A DNA stretch of 64,000 bases from Octopus sinensis (taxonomy: Eukaryota): contig NC_043000.1 of assembly GCF_006345805.1 (NCBI RefSeq), forward strand, positions 65,720,001 through 65,784,000. The letters run 5' to 3'. A model generated the notes under the pieces. That model had not been told where the DNA came from and did not search any database. It saw only the letters and a program-made list of their open reading frames with translations. A program made the translations under genes and the position numbers. Numbering within the stretch: position 1 is the first letter of the stretch; the number at the start of each line of letters is the position of its first letter. This document shows positions 25,451-36,809 of this stretch, piece after piece.

Positions 25451-26832
25451 CTGGAAGGTATATCAGCCGAAACGTGTTAAAAACAAACAAGATGAGGGCA
25501 AACATCCGTCAAATGTAAGTAATGTACATAATTCCTCATCTCTTAAATATAGAACTGCATATATTGTGTGTTTTCATTTTTATTATTTTTATTTTTTTAA
25601 AGCCACTTTATCAATAAATTTTTTTAGTTTAATACTAATATTGTGTTTCATTTTAGTATTTTTCACCCTTTTCTGGCTCTAAAAGCCTTTAAAAAGGGCC
25701 AAAACTATGAAATTAGCCTTTTTAAGGCCCTTTGAAAATTAAAACTATAAAATCAGCATTTTTTAACTCTAAGCAAAAATAATAATAATAAACAGAAAAA
25801 CTATAGTTTTGGGGTTCTAAAGCCCTCAAAAAGGCCCAAAATGCTGATTTTTTAGTTTTGGCACTTTTTAACCCTTTATTGTTTAAACTGGCCTAAACCC
25901 TCTACGAAATCTTTTTAAAAAATAAACAAATCACGTTAGTGAATTCTCGTAGCTTTGAGATAATGTGAGCGCATTTCCTCCAGAAAGCACTGAACTGGGA
26001 GAAAAGCAAAATTAACTGAGGTGGATATCAACAGAGAAAATATTGACTTTCATAAGGTGGAAAAAATAAATGGAAGGAAAAGTTGGTAAATATTTCGGTG
26101 TGAGCACAAATTACTGCTACGTGGTAGCAGAGCATGCTAGAAATAGCAGCCAAATCTTTCTTTTGCCGGAAAAAGAAGCCGTTAACCCGTGATTTCGATG
26201 TCACATTCGTTGAAAGCGGGCAAAATAACCTGGAAAAGAAAAAAATCGCGAAACAAAACTCCCTTAGTAAGAAACTTCGAGCTCTCCACCACCCTCCCAC
26301 CTTTCTTTTCTGGAAAACAAAAGTGGCTTGCGGCGGTTTTTTAAGTTAGATGCACCAGAAAAAAAAAAAAAAAAAAAACTCGGGAAAAAATCATTCCACA
26401 CCGAGGACGAAATATTTATCGAAAGAATAAAATCTTGTACCGATTACACCTGTATTATAATTTATTCAAATTAATGTACCTCATCTTGAAAAGTGGCAAA
26501 ATTTTTGTCGGTTGCCATCTGGGAAAATATTAGTAAAAATCAAACAGGTAAGATGCATTAAGAATTTCAACTTTAGTGTTTATCCATAATGTTATTGCTT
26601 TTACACCTGTTAATTAAAATTACCTCCCCATAAAAGTCAAATTTAGTCAGCAAGATCAGCTAAAATTATAAAATAAACCAGTGGTATATAATGCACCTTC
26701 TGACAACATTTCAAATCCGTATGTAAAAAATTTACAAAGTTACTAGCAAATATTGTGGACACCTCTCTTGAACCTGAATAATTCAAAATAATGGGAACAA
26801 ATAAGCATTACATTTGAGAGATTAATATGTCG

Positions 26833-27045
26833 AAGGCGGCGAGCTGGCAGAAACGTTAGCACGCCGGGCGTAATGCGTGGCCGTATTTCATCTGTTCCGA
26901 GTTCAAATTCCGCCGAGGTCGACTTTGCCTTTCATCCTTTCGGGGTCGATAAATTAAGTTCCAGTTACGCACTGGGGTCGATGTAATCGACTTAATCCCT
27001 TTGTCTGTCCCCTCTATGTTTAACCCCTTGTGGGTAGTAAAGAAA
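26833..27045 (+). mobile_element. SINE family B
   Basis: AAGGCGGCGAGCTGGCAGAAACGTTAGCACGCCGGGCG...CCCCTTGTGGGTAGTAAAGAAA. Confidence 0.9.
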
Positions 27046-27189
27046 AAAAATGTCAAAATCGTTTCGGACTGGTGTGGGGAGATGGTGACGGAGGGAAAAA
27101 AAAGTTTCAAAATTTTTTTCTTAATTTTTTTCGTGAAAAGAAGTCTCCGAGAAAATGTTATTTACCTTATTTCCGACCACCGGCCGACT

Positions 27190-27779
27190 GTAGGTGTAGA
27201 GACAGCCAAAAGAATCATTTGACCCAGACTGCCTTCTTCCAACTGTTAAACGTGGAGGAGGATCTGTGATGATCTGGTGGGTGGGGGGCTATATCTTGGA
27301 AATCTGCCGACCCAATGGTTTCCCTTCATGGCAGAATTAATAGTCAAGACTATTTAAGCATTTTATCTGATCAAATTCATCATATGGTCGCGGAACTGTT
27401 TCCGGAGGGAAACGCAATCTTTCAGGATGATAATGCACCAATTCACACAGCTAAAGTTGTTACTGAACGACACGAGGAACATTCTAGTGAAGTTGAACAT
27501 CTTATCTGGCCATCACAGTCCCCAGATTTCAATATGACTGAACATTTATGGTGCATTTTAGAAAAACAAGTAAGGAGTCGATATCCTCCACCATCATCAC
27601 TACAAGAACTGGAGACTGTTTAAGCTGAAAAATGGACAAAAATTCCTTTAGAAACAATTCAAACTTTGTACGAGTCCATGCCTCGTAGAACTCAAGCTGT
27701 AATTACTGCCAAAGTGGTCCTACCCCATATTAAAATAGATTTGCTTAACATTTTAAGGCGTTTCCATTTTGCCCAACTG

Positions 27780-27782
<3 letters not shown>
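27190..27782 (+). pseudogene. Tc1-family (DD34E) transposase 3' remnant with right TIR
   Basis: PTVKRGGGSVMIW, IFQDDNAPIHTAK, WPSQSPDFNMTEHLW, LYESMPRRTQAVI. Ends ...GCCCAACTGCTG followed by TA. Confidence 0.9.
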
Positions 27783-27838
<56 letters not shown>

Positions 27839-28640
27839 CATATACATATATGTATACTTGCACACGTATGCAAATATGAGTGTATATGTGTGTGTGAGTG
27901 TGTATTTGTGTGTATGTGTGTATGCGAGCGCACGCGTGCGTATAATTGTGTACGTGTTTGCCACGTTCACGTTTGACCTTGACCTTGAAAAAATACTTTG
28001 ATCTGCCATGTACCCTTACCAGGATACAGTTTCCAGAAAGAGAGAGAGAGAGAGAGACAGAAAGAGAGAGTGGGAGAGAGAGAAGAGGCTATCGCAATGA
28101 CAGTCAATATAAATCATTGAGGTAAGTAAATAGGTCACGTCTAAGCCCGCTGCTACTACCCTACATTTCTTTTTGTTGATGTTACAGAGTCGTGTTCGTT
28201 TCAGCTGGATACTTAATTCAGATAAATTCATAACTAGATATCAGCACGCTTGCTTCTCTTTATATATATATATATAATTATATATATTATTTTTCAAATG
28301 ATTAGAAGCAGTTGTAACATTAGATTCGTACTAGCTCCATAAGTTCGGCATATGCCTCACGATAATAATCTATTTTAATTAACGTTCAACTTGAAAATAA
28401 CGGTGTTGGTGTGGGGTGGAAATAGCGTCGGAGGTAGTAGTGGTGGTGGTGTTGGTGTTCAATAAATCTTTTCGGGTTTCATTGTATTGTCTTATATTTT
28501 CTTAGTTTCATATTTCTTTAGATCATCATCATGCATCATTCATCAACGTCAACAATGACAACTGCTCTCGAAGGAAGAGTACGCACACTTGTATGCTTGT
28601 GTATATGTGTATGTGAACGCGCGCGCGTGCACACACACAT

Positions 28641-29007
28641 ACACACGGGCGTATCTCAACTTACGTCTTTTTCGACTTTACATAGTTTTTTTTTTTTAAT
28701 AATTTGGAAAATAAACTTCAATTTCAGTCAATTTATTCAGTTTTACGTCGGTCATCGCGAACATATTTAATAGTATAAAGATTGGGGTGCGGGGCTACCA
28801 CACAATACCGAAGTGGAAAAAAACAAATAAAAAATATATGGTGATATAGAGAATATTTTATAAAACATTATATGTTTTATAAAATATTCTCTATATCACC
28901 ATATAGCTCGTAAATTTCTTGTCCTTTTCGTGTTACGTCCTTTTTTAGTTAAGTAGCATAGCATGTCTCAGAACCAGTTACCGACGTAAGTTGAAGTATG
29001 CCTCTGT
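28641..29007. mobile_element. pogo/Tigger-like MITE
   Basis: Imperfect TIRs GGCGTATCTCAACTTACGTC / GACGTAAGTTGAAGTATGCC near TA ends. Contains an internal palindrome at 28835-28905. Confidence 0.6.
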
Positions 29008-29137
29008 AAGTGTGTGTGTGTGTGTGTATCAGGACGGTTATTTTGTTTTTGCCAAATAAACACACGCACTATTTATTTTTTCTTCACTCGTTTATTACTG
29101 TTCTTATTTTATTATTTTAACTCATGTCCATATATAT

Positions 29138-30481
29138 TAGTATTCTGTTATTTTCTCGTTTTGTAACTAATTGTACTTTTTGTACATGTATTTTTATTTT
29201 TGCAGTTTTATTGTTTGTCTATGCCAGAAAAAAGGCTTTTTCGTTCGTCCTCTTGTGTTTGTTTTTGTACATGTATTTTAATTTTGCAGTCTTATTGTTA
29301 CGTCTTGTTTGTGTTCGTACTCATTGTGCCCCGCTGCTTGAAATTTTATTTTAATTCTCTCGCAGGAAGGCCTATTGGATTAGTGTTCTGTTATGCCTTC
29401 GAAACATGCCTGACTCCTCTAGCGACAGCTGATGACGGGGGTTTTGTCCTTGTGTAACCTGTCCTGTATTTGGTTTTCGTTTTCCGTTTTCTTGTTTTTT
29501 GTTTTTTGGCTTTTTCTGTTTCTACGTCTTATTGTGATGTCCTGTACTTCCGTATAATTATTTATATATGCATGTATATATACATGTAGATGTAGGTACG
29601 TACATATATGTTTGTATGTATGCATATATTTTTATTTATCTCCTTATTGTCTGACAGCGCCCCGCATCAGGTTCGTTCCGATTCGTCGTTTCGATCCACT
29701 TCTTGGTCCCCTTTTTTTATATTAATATTATTATATTGAAGATGCGGTACTCTCTCCCTTTGCTTTAACCTCTTCAATCTTTCTCCCTCCCCCTCCTCCT
29801 CTCTCTTCGCCGCGTGTCCCCTCCTCCTTCCCTCTTCCTTGCCTATAAAACAAAATTCCTTTACACGTGGTTACCACTATTGAAAAGACTGCCTCCACGC
29901 GCTGCTACTACACTTTCGTCCTTGCCAGCAAAAAGGCTTCCTCGTTCGTCCCCTTGTGTGGTTAATTTCCTGTATAGTATTCTGTTATTTTCTCGTTTTG
30001 TAACTAATTGTACTTTTTGTACATGTATTTTTATTTTTGCAGTTTTATTGTTTGTCTATGCCAGAAAAAAGGCTTTTTCGTTCGTCCTCTTGTGTTTGTT
30101 TTTGTACATGTATTTTAATTTTGCAGTCTTATTGTTACGTCTTGTTTGTGTTCGTACTCATTGTGCCCCGCTGCTTGAAATTTTATTTTAATTCTCTCGC
30201 AGGAAGGCCTATTGGATTAGTGTTCTGTTATGCCTTCGAAACATGCCTGACTCCTCTAGCGACAGCTGATGACGGGGGTTTTGTCCTTGTGTAACCTGTC
30301 CTGTATTTGGTTTTCGTTTTCCGTTTTCTTGTTTTTTGTTTTTTGGCTTTTTCTGTTTCTACGTCTTATTGTGATGTCCTGTACTTCCGTATAATTATTT
30401 ATATATGCATGTATATATACATGTAGATGTAGGTACGTACATATATGTTTGTATGTATGCATATATTTTTATTTATCTCCT
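29138..30481 (+). repeat. Direct duplication of ~507 bp (29138-29644 and 29975-30481)
   Basis: Copies look identical at offset 837, and the ORF track gives identical peptides for both. Confidence 0.95.
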
Positions 30482-30483
30482 AT

Positions 30484-30605
<122 letters not shown>

Positions 30606-30619
30606 CAGGTTATTGTCTT

Positions 30620-30880
30620 TATCTTTTACTCGCTTCAATCATTCAGACTGCAGCCATGTTGGGACACCACTTTGGAGAATTTTTAACTGAATACATCGAC
30701 CCCAGTACTTTCTTTTTAAACCTGGTACTTATTCTATCGACGTATACACCCCAGCACCAGTTTTCAGGTGGTGTAGGGGTCAAATACAAACACTTCACTC
30801 TCACACACACACACCCACATATACGACGGGTTTCTTTCAGTTTCCGTCTACCACATCTACTCACAAGGATATATATCTTA
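30620..30880 (-). mobile_element. SINE family A (diverged)
   Basis: Reverse complement tail and CGACGGGTTTCTTTCAGTTTCCGTCTACC body. Confidence 0.7.
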
Positions 30881-31490
30881 GTGCGACTTCTTTGTCTTGG
30901 TGTATAACTTGTTGTTGTGGCGTTCAAGCTTCTGGTCCTTGTAAGTATTCTGATTAGCAACACACAAAAAACTCTTTCTTTCATGATGGAGAGGTAAATG
31001 GAATCTTTCAGTATTAAGTTTCTTTAAAGGAAACCCTGGAAAGTAGAGAGAACAGTACAAGTTATAGTTTGTGTATGTTGCTGAAGATGGACAGATTAAA
31101 TATAGCGTGTCTGAGGTAGAGTTCGTGGTTTGAGGTACGTGTGGGTACAGTTAGTTATCGACTTGATAAGTTGGGAATTTGGTAGGGATATTATTGCTAG
31201 TAGTGGCTGTAATATTGATTTCAAATTTTGGCACTAGGCCAGCAATTTCGAGGAAGGGAGCAAGTCGATGGTAGGTGGTATGGAGAAAAATTGGTTTCTC
31301 TAGGCTTCGTCAGAGATTTTAGAAAGTACATAAAGTTAAGTTATAAATATAAATACACACATATATACATACTTATACATATACATACATATACATAAAA
31401 CAATTTCTCAGATCTTTAAACAGTCACACCCGCTTGCAGTGGTATGTTTTAGGGAAAGATGAATTTATAAAAAAAAAATTTTTCTGCGAG

Positions 31491-31694
31491 CAGATCTGAT
31501 TTTGATTCGTTAAAAAATTGATGACGTTTTTCTTCCGTTGTCAAGCTTGTCGTTCTGCTTGGTTGGTTTCCTTACAGGATAGAGTTATGGGTCAGATCTG
31601 ATTTTGATTCGTCAAAAAATTGATGACATTTTTCTTCCGTGGTCAAGCTTGTCGTTCTGCTTGGTTGGTTTCCTTACAGGATACAGTTATGGGT
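31491..31694. repeat. Tandem duplication, 102-bp unit x2
   Basis: CAGATCTGATTTTGATTCGT...GTTATGGGT at 31491 and 31593. Confidence 0.9.
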
Positions 31695-32080
31695 ATTTTC
31701 CTTGTATTCGTTGAAGTTTGGTTTTGATTGGTTTGGAATTATGTGACGTCAGTGAACATTGCCAGTGAACCGACCACTATTGCTGCTACGATCAACAGTC
31801 CTCTACTACTGCTGCTGCTGCTGCCACGGCCACAGCTTAACTGCTACAACCCCAACCACCACCAAGGTTGCCAAAATTACGACCAACAGTAACAGCCACA
31901 GGTTACTACTACCACGACCAACAATTACTACTGTTGCTACCATTGGAACACAAGGTAACAAAAAAGCGGTTCCTTTTGATACTAGCAAGAAACAATAATG
32001 GACTTCTTCACTACACTCAACAGTAATATAGCGATTATACCAACTACCGACAAAACACCACCACATGGATTTTATTGACA

Positions 32081-32246
32081 ACAGTAAGAAACGATTATGA
32101 ACTTTTTTATTGCACTTTTTATAATATATTTGATAAGGTTCGTTTTTTCAAGAACATGGATTCTATTGAGACCAGTAAGAAACGATTATGAACTTTTCTA
32201 TTGCACTTTTTATTATATTTTTGATAAGGTTCGTTTTTTCAAGAAC
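32081..32246. repeat. Tandem duplication, ~91-bp unit x2
   Basis: CAGTAAGAAACGATTATGAACTTTT...GGTTCGTTTTTTCAAGAAC twice. Confidence 0.85.
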
Positions 32247-32352
32247 CGAAACATGTAAAATTCATAAGAAAATTAAAATTTATCTAATATAGTGGCGTTT
32301 TCAAACTTCTTTTTTACAAATATATACCTACTCGTGTACGATCTACTCTTAT

Positions 32353-32413
<61 letters not shown>

Positions 32414-32580
32414 TATATAATATATATATATATATATAAGTAATTGAGATTCTAGTGAATTCTAAAGAATTCACATGAATATGGTCCTTAACTAGGATGC
32501 ACCGGAAATCTATATGGTGTTAACCATACGACAAGTGGGGTGATTACAAATAGGAAAAAAGCAACAAGAATGGATTAAAA

Positions 32581-32667
32581 TCTCGGTACGATCGTTTCGT
32601 ACGAGGACATCTTTAATAAGCTACAAAAATGCAGTGAATACAGATGGCTCGTACTCGTCAGCCGAAA
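32581..32667 (-). ncRNA. Type I hammerhead ribozyme in the Naiad-like 3' pLTR
   Basis: Reverse-complement copy of 38123-38209. Confidence 0.85.
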
Positions 32668-33773
32668 AAACATCAGAGAATTCCCAAACATCAAAAGCGG
32701 TAGATACAAAAGAGGTTGTAAGATTAACTGCATTGAAGAAAGTTCGATTCATGGAGATCCGATGAAAGGTTTTAAACTTACAGAATTTGTGCATGTCTAC
32801 ATATAGCTCATATTGAATTTTTAATCAAGTTGTGTGAAGAAATTTTCGGATACAGTCATGCAAAATTTCTGAAAATCCGAGTAAGAGGCAAAGTGACTGC
32901 CATATCATGTAGAGGAAAGTCTGAGTAAAAGCAAAGTGACTGTCATATCGTGTAGAGGAACAGATTGTTATTGAAATTTACAAGAATCGCAGATAAGTTC
33001 GATTCTTGGAGATCCGATGAAAAGTCTTGAACTTACAGAATATGTGCATGTCCTTATAGTTCATAATCCAGTTTTGTGAAGAGATTTAGGGTACAATCAT
33101 GCGAAAAATATCAGGGAATCCGAATGAGAAGCAAAATGACAGTCTTATATTGTAGCGGTTCAGGTTGTTAATGAATTTTACAAGAATCACAGAAAGAGGA
33201 GGAAGGAAGTAAAATTTAATCAGTTACTGCTATTAAGCTATCAAAGAGAAAGGAAAGGGGAAGCTAAGGGGATGGGCACAAGTTGATACTAACAGAAAAT
33301 CTAAGCTTGTTTAGTGCAAAATTCGAACTGAGGTCAACAATTTATTTCTTTATTTATAAATGTTACTATTAATAGATTGTCAGGTTACAATGAGGTCATT
33401 AGAAAGGAAAGAAAATGGGGTTGTTTTTAAATGAAATCAAACAATTATATTATTATTATACTATACTATAATACACTACACTATATTATATTATATTATT
33501 TTATATTATATTATATCACATCACAATACACTACGATAGGTTTGGGATTAGCAGAATTAATTTTTAGTGTAAAAGAAATTAAGATTTAACTAACTAATAT
33601 TTATATATGGGTTAAAAAATAGACTAAGAAATGGAGATAAAAATAGAGCAAAATTTAATTTATAATAATATGGTCCAATAGAAATAAATCAAATAATTTA
33701 AATCAATAAGTATTAAATAGTACCATCAGAGAGAGAAATTATAATCATAGCTAGTTAGATCTTATCTTTCTAG

Positions 33774-36700
33774 TTAAATATATAATATACTATGTAGGAG
33801 TGATATGTAAGTCAAAGTGAATTTTATGCAAAATGATTCCAGTATACAGTTATCAATTGAGATATCATTTAAAATATCATTAAAAATATTTAAGAGTCTT
33901 AACTCGAGCATGTATACAAGATTTCCAAGTTCAATTCTGCTGTTTAATTGAATTTCTCCATTATTTCTATACATTAGTATTTCAAATGCTTCCATGGAGC
34001 AAAGTTGGCAGCCTACTCTGCTATTTTTATAGGGTTTTATTCTTCTGACTAATTCCCAATTAAGGTTATATTTGATATTATTGTTTTTTAGTTCCCAAAT
34101 TTTACTAGAAAGAGTGGTGCTATCAGCCTTATGACGTAATTTAAAGGATGAGAGATGGTTATTCAATCTCTGTTTAAAATTTACAGTACATCCAACATAA
34201 GAGAACTTATTATTATCTGTGGTTACGGAGCACTTGTAGATTATGTTAATTAACCCGCATAAATCAGGGGCCGGGCATTTTGATTTAATTCTGAAATTAC
34301 ATCTAGGGGCATTATAATTAGAGGTGGAATAACTTGAGGATAGAAGTCTTATATTACTGTTGCTCGAAGCAGAGCGGGTAAATTTATCATGATTTTGATT
34401 ATTGTTATTATCTAAAAAAACTCTATCATTATTGTAGTTAATATTATTATCTAAAATAGTATTATCATTTATAGGTATTCTTACATTTTCATTTGGTTCT
34501 AAAGCCCTACTTTCATTATTATTATTATTGGTGCTGCTATCTAAAATAATGTTATCATTATTGCAGTTGATGTTATCTCCTAAAGTAGTATTATCATTTG
34601 TCGGTATTCCTACACTATCGTTTGGTTCAATAACTCTACTATCATTGTTGATATTGTTGATGCTATTAGTATTGCTGTCGATATTGTTTTCCAGATGTGT
34701 AGTGTTGTTGCTGATAATATTGTTACTCTCATTCACTGTACTTACATTCCTGGTATTATTCCTATTATTAACATAATCATTCATATTTATGTTATTATTG
34801 TTGTTAACAATTCCATGGCTTTTGGTTATATTTATTTTATGACATTCATTATTATTATTATTGTTGCAATTATTACTTTCCGTACTGTTATTACAATTTT
34901 CCGTTGTATTTTTATTTTTATTGATTAAATTTTTTCTGGCTAGTTTTATGTTATTATTATTGATCTTAGCTATTAAAGTGGACATATTTGGGAGAGTTGA
35001 ATAAGAAATTCTGACTGTTTTTTTAGAAATAATTTTATGATATCTATGAGAGGATGGGAAATTTTTTTCTAGAATTGTTTTGAATCTACCCTGAATATCT
35101 GATGAAACCGCACAGTTAAAAGGGATGTTTAGCCATATTATGTCTTTCTTATTAAATTTCTTAGAATTTGAGTTAGGGCTGCTAGAATTTTTCCCACTAG
35201 AGTTAGGGTTATTAGAATTAATCGTACCATCATCAGATTCTTTGTATTTATTAATGTTCCTGTTAGCATGTTTGCTAGTTTTATCCAAGTTTATTTTATC
35301 CTTATTATAAGTATTCCCTGTTATGTTTTTATTAATATTCTTAATATCATTAGGGTACTTTGCCGTTGTAAATCTATTTCTACTATCCTTTCTGGCTTTG
35401 TCATTATTGTTGTCTACGTTACTAATAGTGTGTTTCTTAATTTTAATTTTATTTAAGGTTGTCTTATCAGGGCTATCTGTGTTATGGTCTATGTATTTAT
35501 CCTTATACTTATTATCATTACGATTAGATGTTGCATTAGATCCACATCTATGTATCTTTTCGGCTTGATCATTTTTGTTGTTTATGTGGTTATTGCTGTT
35601 TAAATTACTTAAATTATTATGATGAGTTCCTAGGTTTTCCGTATCTTCAAATGTAATTTTCTGGTTATATCCTGCTCTAGATAACGCCTCATTGTAATGT
35701 CCTGAGTGTGAGTTAAATATATTAAAATTAGATGATAATTTGGATATTCTTATGGAAATATTTCTAACTAAGGAATTTATTATATTTGGGGGATGATTAG
35801 ATAATTTATTTACGTAACTAGTGATTTCACCTTCCTTTCTAAATGGATAATGTAGTTTGGAGTTAAGGTCTAAAGTAATATCTAGAAAATTAGCTATTTT
35901 AATGTTTGGTTCGTAGGTTATGCTAAGGTTGAAATCTTTAAAGAACCTATTAATCTTCTTTTTTATTCTTTCTATGTGTGATTTATTATTGGTATTGACA
36001 ACAAACAAAACATCATCTCTATATAGACCACCTTGCAATTCAGGGATCTCTTTATTAATGCATTTCAGTAGATATGCTCCTACTAAATTGGTTACCTCAG
36101 CCGAATCACTTGAGCCCATAGGAATATCGAAAAAGTTAGGGGTATCAGCTCTGGTCCATAATTTTCCCTCAAACTCAATAAATGTTTTTCTAGCTAAAAG
36201 TATAATGTCTATTTCTTCTCTAGATATGAGGGAGCGATTCATCGCGAATATAAGCGATTTATTTAATAGGATAGGGGAAATGCTAGAGTAGTAGTTATTT
36301 ATATCGAATTGAATGAAGGCTAAATTATTCGTATTAGTTAGGGAATTAAACCATTTAAGGACCTCATCGGTATTTATCCACAGGCTTAAGGGAAGAAGTG
36401 GGGTTATTTGGGGTAAGATATTATCTAGGATAGATTTACTAAGTCGGCCAATATCCGACTTAGTTGGACAAATAAGTCTTACCGACGGGTTTTCTAGGAA
36501 ATTCTTTTTATGGTCCTTAAGATTAATCCTAGGTTCGCATGGTACAATTGGTTCAGTTCTGTCTGCTAGATCATATTTTTCCATAATAGCTTTCATTTCT
36601 AAGTTAGTTTCCTTCAATTTTCCCTTGGTAGTAGTTTTGTATTTGGAGTTAAACTCCTTGTTAATTAGATTGCTGTAGAGTGTATAGTCTACTCTATAAA

Positions 36701-36809
36701 AATTGCCAGTTTTGTCAGCTGGTACTAATATTCCTTTCTTGTTTCGAGTCGATTTTATAAATTTACTGAGATGCTTGAGGTGGTGATTATATCTTAACGG
36801 GTGATCCCG
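33774..36809 (-). CDS. PLE reverse transcriptase + GIY-YIG endonuclease polyprotein (5'-truncated, 1011 open codons)
   Basis: The frame is open upstream of the annotated 36617 start (..ILVPADKTGNFY..). Motifs: KDHKKNF..NPSVRLICPTKSDIG, FIQFDINNYYSSI, MGSSDSAEV, GGLYRDD, FLDITLDL, HPPNII, CP..DLC..NIIYKC...YVGCT.NFKQRLNNH, W........Y......CQLC. The ADKT and YRDD variants suggest the Naiad group (inference). Confidence 0.92.
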   Translation of the reverse strand, partial: RDHPLRYNHHLKHLSKFIKSTRNKKGILVPADKTGNFYRVDYTLYSNLINKEFNSKYKTTTKGKLKETNLEMKAIMEKYDLADRTEPIVPCEPRINLKDHKKNFLENPSVRLICPTKSDIGRLSKSILDNILPQITPLLPLSLWINTDEVLKWFNSLTNTNNLAFIQFDINNYYSSISPILLNKSLIFAMNRSLISREEIDIILLARKTFIEFEGKLWTRADTPNFFDIPMGSSDSAEVTNLVGAYLLKCINKEIPELQGGLYRDDVLFVVNTNNKSHIERIKKKINRFFKDFNLSITYEPNIKIANFLDITLDLNSKLHYPFRKEGEITSYVNKLSNHPPNIINSLVRNISIRISKLSSNFNIFNSHSGHYNEALSRAGYNQKITFEDTENLGTHHNNLSNLNSNNHINNKNDQAEKIHRCGSNATSNRNDNKYKDKYIDHNTDSPDKTTLNKIKIKKHTISNVDNNNDKARKDSRNRFTTAKYPNDIKNINKNITGNTYNKDKINLDKTSKHANRNINKYKESDDGTINSNNPNSSGKNSSSPNSNSKKFNKKDIIWLNIPFNCAVSSDIQGRFKTILEKNFPSSHRYHKIISKKTVRISYSTLPNMSTLIAKINNNNIKLARKNLINKNKNTTENCNNSTESNNCNNNNNNECHKINITKSHGIVNNNNNINMNDYVNNRNNTRNVSTVNESNNIISNNTTHLENNIDSNTNSINNINNDSRVIEPNDSVGIPTNDNTTLGDNINCNNDNIILDSSTNNNNNESRALEPNENVRIPINDNTILDNNINYNNDRVFLDNNNNQNHDKFTRSASSNSNIRLLSSSYSTSNYNAPRCNFRIKSKCPAPDLCGLINIIYKCSVTTDNNKFSYVGCTVNFKQRLNNHLSSFKLRHKADSTTLSSKIWELKNNNIKYNLNWELVRRIKPYKNSRVGCQLCSMEAFEILMYRNNGEIQLNSRIELGNLVYMLELRLLNIFNDILNDISIDNCILESFCIKFTLTYISLLHSILYI

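Noticed and set aside
31491-32246. Short tandem duplications as possible CRISPR-like arrays
   Set aside because: Two-copy head-to-tail repeats with no unique spacers, in eukaryotic DNA.
33774-36809. Selenoprotein-type Naiad (in-frame TGA plus SECIS)
   Set aside because: The frame has no internal TGA, so there is nothing to recode in this copy.
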